Source of the DNA: the human T2T-CHM13v2.0 reference genome, Homo sapiens
DNA: 64,000 bases
Assembly (NCBI RefSeq): GCF_009914755.1
Contig: NC_060934.1
Strand: one strand, 5' to 3'
Part shown: piece by piece, positions 58,106-64,000 of the stretch
Position numbering within the stretch: the stretch's first letter is position 1
Layout of the letters: every line of letters starts with the position of its first letter
Notes under the pieces: generated by a model
Databases searched by the model: none
What the model saw: only the letters and a program-made list of their open reading frames with translations
Told to the model about the DNA's origin: nothing
Position numbers and translations under genes: made by a program

Positions 58106-58519
58106 TGTTCACATGGTTTGGATATTTGTCCCCTTTAAATCTCATGTTGAAATGTAATGTCCAGTGTTGGAGGTGGGACCTGGTGGGAGGTGTTTGAATC
58201 ATGGTGGTGGATGTCTCATGATGCCCTAGCACTATCCCCCTGGTGAAGAGTGAGTTCCTTCTCTGAGTTCATGCAAGATCTGGTTATTTAAAAGCATGTG
58301 GAACCTCTCCCATCTCTCTTGCCCTCCACTCACCATGTGGCATGCTGCTCATACTTCACCTTCTGCCACCAGTAAAAGCTCCCTGAGGCCTAACCAGAAG
58401 CACAGCAGATGCTGGCACCACGCTCCCTGTACAACCTGCAGAACCACGAACCAATTAAACCTCTTTTCTTTATAAATTACCCAGCCTCAGGTTTTTATAG
58501 CAATACAAAAACTAACATA
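58106..58519 (+). mobile_element. MSTB MaLR LTR nested in an L1MA 3' end (58050-58615, minus)
   Basis: 'atggtttggatatttgtcccc...aaacctcttttctttataaattacccagcctcagg'. Confidence 0.9.
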
Positions 58520-59193
58520 GATGTACAACGTGATGTTTTGATATACATAAATATTGTATCTAACTATTTACCATACTAACCACCTCACATAGTAACAGTT
58601 TTTTTGGTAGGAAACTTATTTTTTGAGAACTTCCATTGAAATCCTTCTATAAAAAATTTTAAAACATTTTAGTGTTTCATTCTGCAAATTCTGTCTTGTA
58701 TTTCAAATAAATATTCTAAAATATTTCTAGAATGTTTATGCTTTTTATTCATACATGTATAAATGTTTACATAAAAATTGTAGGGCTATCTATATAGTCT
58801 ATTCGACATTTAAAACAATTATGGGAAATTGCAAGAAAGAATATTTTCATGTCAGCATTTGGTAAATAAAAACATCTCTAGAAAAACACAGCTATATTTT
58901 ATAAAAATTAGGTTGTTATGCTATTACAAATTTGAACCTGTGATACATTGTGGATAAATTTGAAAATAGCGCGTACACAATCCATGAATTTTAACAATGT
59001 CAATATCTAGGAAGATATATGTTGTTAAACATGTGTTTCTCAGTAATGGAACACTTCCAACTTTTATAATTGCCTAAGTAAAAAAAAGCTGAATATATTT
59101 AGTGTGATTTCACAGTATAGCCTTCCACTCAAATAATTAGTAAAATTATATACTAAAATTTTAATAGGATTTTGTAGTAATTATTATGAACCA

Positions 59194-59291
59194 CAAAATT
59201 AAATGGATTATTTCCATGAAAAGGTAGAAAATCATCTGTCTTGAATACAGATGTTTTCTACCTTTTCATGGAAATAATCCATCTAATTTTG
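59194..59291. repeat. Near-perfect inverted repeat (45/46-bp arms, 7-nt spacer)
   Basis: Left arm 59194-59239 versus reverse complement of 59247-59291: one mismatch and one 1-nt indel. Confidence 0.97.
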
Positions 59292-59446
59292 CATATTCCT
59301 TTGTTAGGTGGAGATTAGTAATATATAAATATTAAGGTTATTTCTGAGGACCAAGATCCTTTGTATTTCTACTTCACATTTACACAAATATTCTATGAAA
59401 GCATAACGTTTTTAGCTATGAGTTTGTGAAGAAAAGGGGTCCTTAG

Positions 59447-59850
<404 letters not shown>

Positions 59851-59889
59851 TAGCTCAATTACGTGTCTTGTTGCTCAGCTTAAGATTTA

Positions 59890-60200
59890 TTTGGCAAACT
59901 TGCTCAGGGTTTTTAGGATTCCATTCAAGTATGACCATTTCTCTGTAACCTTTCCTGATACCTTTCTATCCACTAAGTAACATCAGTCATTTTTCTGTGC
60001 TTTGTGCATTCTCTGTATGTTTAACAATTTTCTATTTTAGTCATAAATCACTATTGCCCATGATTCTTTACAAATTTGTCTTCCCCTTATAAACTATCAC
60101 CTGTTCAAGGATAATAACTTACTCTATTTCGTGTGTGTCCAATGACTCGCATACTGCCTGGTACCTAACAGGCATCTAATACTTTTTCAAAGGTGAATAA
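59890..60200 (+). mobile_element. L2 3' fragment
   Basis: 'gcatactgcctggtacctaacaggcatctaatact...tgaataaa'; diverged. Confidence 0.55.
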
Positions 60201-60299
60201 ATTAACATATAAAAAAGTACTCGCGGATGACCACTGTAAGTTTTCTCTTTTTCAACCAGATTCTTTAAATTCAATGAGATTAACATTTGAAAATATTTC

Positions 60300-61222
60300 T
60301 TTTTTTAAAAATTGATAAAATAATGTAATAGTATACCATTTTGATAATATATAATTTATATTAAATTTCAACAAAAAAGCCTGTTTGTAACTAATATTTT
60401 TAATTAATTATTTGGTCTTTAAATATCTGTCATATTTAAAAACTGATATCTAATCCATCTAAACAAAATCCACTTCAAATTCAAAATAACCTGGAAGAAA
60501 AGCAAACAAAATAACCAACTTTAAGTTGTAAAGATGATAACTATTATCAGGGATGTGCCTGTGTCTGCTTCTATTTACTGTCACATTTTAGGCATTCTTT
60601 TCTACTTGACAGTTCACTTCTGAGTGACTAGGAATGAAGCTTATTTTAGCCTACTTTTTCCCATTTGTTTTTGTAAAATAAGAAACACAGAGTATTCTTG
60701 AAAATCCAGTGTGGAACATTTTGATGTTTACCATCAGCAATATTATGAAATATGTCACATATCATCTACATCTTTTTGGTAATTATTTATGTACCTTTCA
60801 TTTTGACACTCAAAAATGGCCACTTTTTTTTCTGTGTATGAAACCCATCTATTACATCCGATTTTATTCTATTTCAAAACTATTCCAATCATCATTCATT
60901 GGACAAACAGATTCTCAATATTTTAGGACTTTCAGTAATGGCACAGATAGTTCTTTATTGCACTTTCAGAATCCTTTCAGTCAGTTCTCAGTCAATAAAG
61001 TAGGAATGTTTGGAAATTTCTTCCTCCTGATCAAGCCAGCTTTTTCATTTCCAGCTGGTCTCCTACCTGTCCCTCAACCCTGGATCCATCTTGCATGGCC
61101 CATTGTGCTTCAGCCAACAAGATTCATGTCACACTGTGGCCCCTGCCGTGCACAAGTCCTGTTTTGCTTTGGATCCTCACAATGTTTCGGAGAGAAGTGT
61201 TTACAGAGCAAATGCAACATTC
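60300..61222 (-). other. Candidate terminal exon / 3'UTR of a minus-strand gene (gene not identified)
   Basis: Minus strand shows branch-like CTGAC (61284-61280), a long pyrimidine tract without AG, and first AG at 61224-61223; U-rich repeat-free sequence follows with AATAAA (60959-60954, 60868-60863) and ATTAAA (60404-60399). Confidence 0.4.
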
Positions 61223-61777
61223 CTTTATGCCACACGAGTGAGGAGAAAGCAGAGAAAGTGTGGGACAAGAGACAAAGATGTCAGTCTTATAACTTACTTA
61301 TTACTATCTCTCCATCATAAAGACTTTTACTGTTTGAATGGCAGGGAAGTCCTAGATTCAAATTGCCTTCACCTCGATATTGAGAACAATATGTAGTGAA
61401 TAAGTAGTTACATACACAGGTATAGTTATTAGGGCTTCTTTTATCATTTGGTATGCAGCATAATTTAAATAATCACAGAAAAGATTTCCTCTCACATTAG
61501 TAATTTCTAGCTTAGTAATCTTATGAGAAAAAATAAATCTTATAATGAGAAAAACAATTACAAATATACAAATTATTCAAATAATTTACCATCAGTCTTA
61601 AAATTGCCCCTGTAAATTTGCTTTTTCGAAATCCTGCATGTCACTTAACTGGGCTATTACTAATCAAATATTAAAGATCAATGATTGCAAGAGAATTATC
61701 CTAAACTATCTGATGAAATTAAAATCCTTTTTATAATGCAGTTCAAGCTTTTTGGTAAAAGCATATGAACATGTTGA

Positions 61778-62062
<285 letters not shown>

Positions 62063-63200
62063 TTCATGTTTTTTTTTAATATCCTTTATATCTTCTCATG
62101 GCAAGTGGTCATATCTGATGATCAAACTATATTTGTTAAATAATGTTTCATGTAGTTAATATAGAGCAAGTTGAAAATAATATATTAAAACAGTAATTTC
62201 TACAAGGTACAACCTAAACACAATAACTGATACAATACTTTTTAAGTGATTTTCGGGTTTTTTTGGTACCTCGTCTAGAAGGATTATTCAAAAATGCAAA
62301 TGTCTCCACTAACTTCCCACTTATTTCTTCCTGGGAAAATTTTTACATTTTAAAAGAATCTTGCAAGTAAGAGGACATGAAATGTGCTCGTACACTACCT
62401 ATAAAGCATCAACACGTAGAAAAATCTGTAAATCCTCTATACTTTGGTAAAGGGGTATGTTATTTCACCTCTCACTTTAATTGACTTTTTCTCATATCTC
62501 TACCCATTTCAGAGTAACTTCTTCAAGTTTCTTGTCATTGTCCTTCCATTTGATAAGCAGAACATAACAATAGATGACTCGTAAAAATCTGTGACCAATT
62601 CAAGGAACCTGTTAGAGCTGAGAAAGCAGCAAGTGACAGCAGGTCAGTAACTCATTTAAATGTGAACTGGAGTGCAAGGGTGCAAATCTTTTGAATTCCA
62701 ATTACATTTATAGCTTTTTGGTATATTTCTAGAAGGCAAAAAGGTAGGATATCCAAACATTTAATTCATTTAAGTCTTTATCTTTTAGCACCACACTATG
62801 AGAATCCTTTAGCCAGAAAAAAAAAATGCGTATACAATATTTTCAGTGGGCCGTTTAATATAAAAATTTAGTTTCTTGGATTTTAGAAAATTTTTCTAAA
62901 ACTTAGTAAAAATACAGGTAAGTAAACAGAGGGTTTTTTCCAAAAAATATAAAATGTAAGCTTTAAAACATAAAATGAAGGAGACAACACAGATGCTTTG
63001 AAAATCACTTTATATTTTTAAAGACATTCTGGGAAAATTAATAGGTATTGTGTGTGTCTTTATATAAAAATATCCTACATGCCATAATTTTACAAAAAAA
63101 AAATACTGAGCTAAGTTACATAGAACAGGCGACATACCCCCATTGAAGAATATGTGTTTATAAAAGCTATATGTATGCCTTATTCAATACTATAAAGTCT

Positions 63201-63372
63201 CAGCCTGACATGGTGACAGGGAGCCTATAGTCCCATTGACTCTTGGGGCTGAAGTGGGAGGATCACTTAAGCCCAGGATTTTAAGGTTGCAATAAGCTAT
63301 GATTGTGTCACTGCTCTCCAGCCTGGGTGACAGATATCCCATCTCTAGAAAATTAAAAAATTAAAAATTAAA
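63201..63372 (+). mobile_element. Alu right monomer (FRAM/AluJ-type)
   Basis: 'gtgggaggatcacttaagcccagga...agctatgattgtgtcactg'. Confidence 0.85.
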
Positions 63373-63768
63373 TATTATGTTTATTTTATTTTTTTTTTGT
63401 GTTATCACTTTTTAAAGTCTGGGAGACCTTATTTTTTATTAAGGTATGATGGACACCAAAAACACTTATTTAATGTATATTATACATTAAATATACATTA
63501 TATTGATGCATTTGAAGATAATTATGGAATCTCTTAAAAAATACCTATTCCACGTTTTGTTATGTTGCCCTTGATAATTAATTCTTTTTTTCTCTCTTAC
63601 TGTGATTTGAAAAAAACCATTTTCCTTCTCTTTTTTTTTTAAATATATGCCTTAGTTATGAATTATATACAGGCAAATAACTTATGACATATGTATTATT
63701 ATATAGAGATAAAACAACCCAAACTCCCATATGCTCAAATTCCAGTTTAAGAAATAGCATGTTGCTAT

Positions 63769-63972
63769 TGAAACCATCCTTATAAACTTTATATAATTAA
63801 TAAAGGACACAGGGAGGAGGAGAAATGAAAACCAAGCTGGCAGCACAGTCAGCATTAATGAGGTCAGCTCACTCTCACTCTTATAAACTGTAAGATTATA
63901 GTTCGCATTAACTGTTCCATAGATAACAACTTGCCATTATGAAATATTAAGTTTTCCCTTTGAGATATTCTT
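63769..63972 (+). mobile_element. ERV1-class LTR 5' fragment (LTR26-like)
   Basis: 'tgaaaccatccttataaacttt...aaccaagctggcagcacagtcagcattaat'; subfamily recalled from memory. Confidence 0.55.
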
Positions 63973-64000
63973 TTTCATTTATTTTTTAATTTTGTCATAG

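Overview
AT-rich catarrhine primate (human-like) genomic DNA, identified by Alu J/S/Y, L1PA and primate LTR elements. It is mostly intergenic and dense in repeats. Bases 1-19.4 kb are a nested LINE-1 cluster (old L1M hosts invaded by L1PA15-like and L1PA7-like copies and Alus). Bases 19.4-64 kb alternate unique AT-rich DNA with solo LTRs (MLT1A, MLT2A2, MSTA, MSTB, MLT2B, LTR33, MER4A), DNA-transposon fossils (MER53, MER20, MER30, Tigger3a, Charlie4a, MER45), MIR/L2 fragments and microsatellites. I cannot support any intact protein-coding gene. Nearly all listed ORFs are L1 ORF2 remnants, Alu/LTR read-throughs or chance. I see no credible new multi-gene system. The most notable items are: (1) a ~310-bp locally templated insertion copied from ~13.1-13.4 kb into an L1 at ~9.1-9.4 kb; (2) a near-perfect 98-bp hairpin at 59194-59291 plus several smaller template-switch scars; (3) a candidate minus-strand terminal exon/3'UTR at ~60.3-61.2 kb, overlapped antisense by a ~200-codon ORF; (4) a few candidate enhancer motif clusters. 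Repeat subfamily names come from recalled consensus sequences, and boundaries of old elements are approximate.
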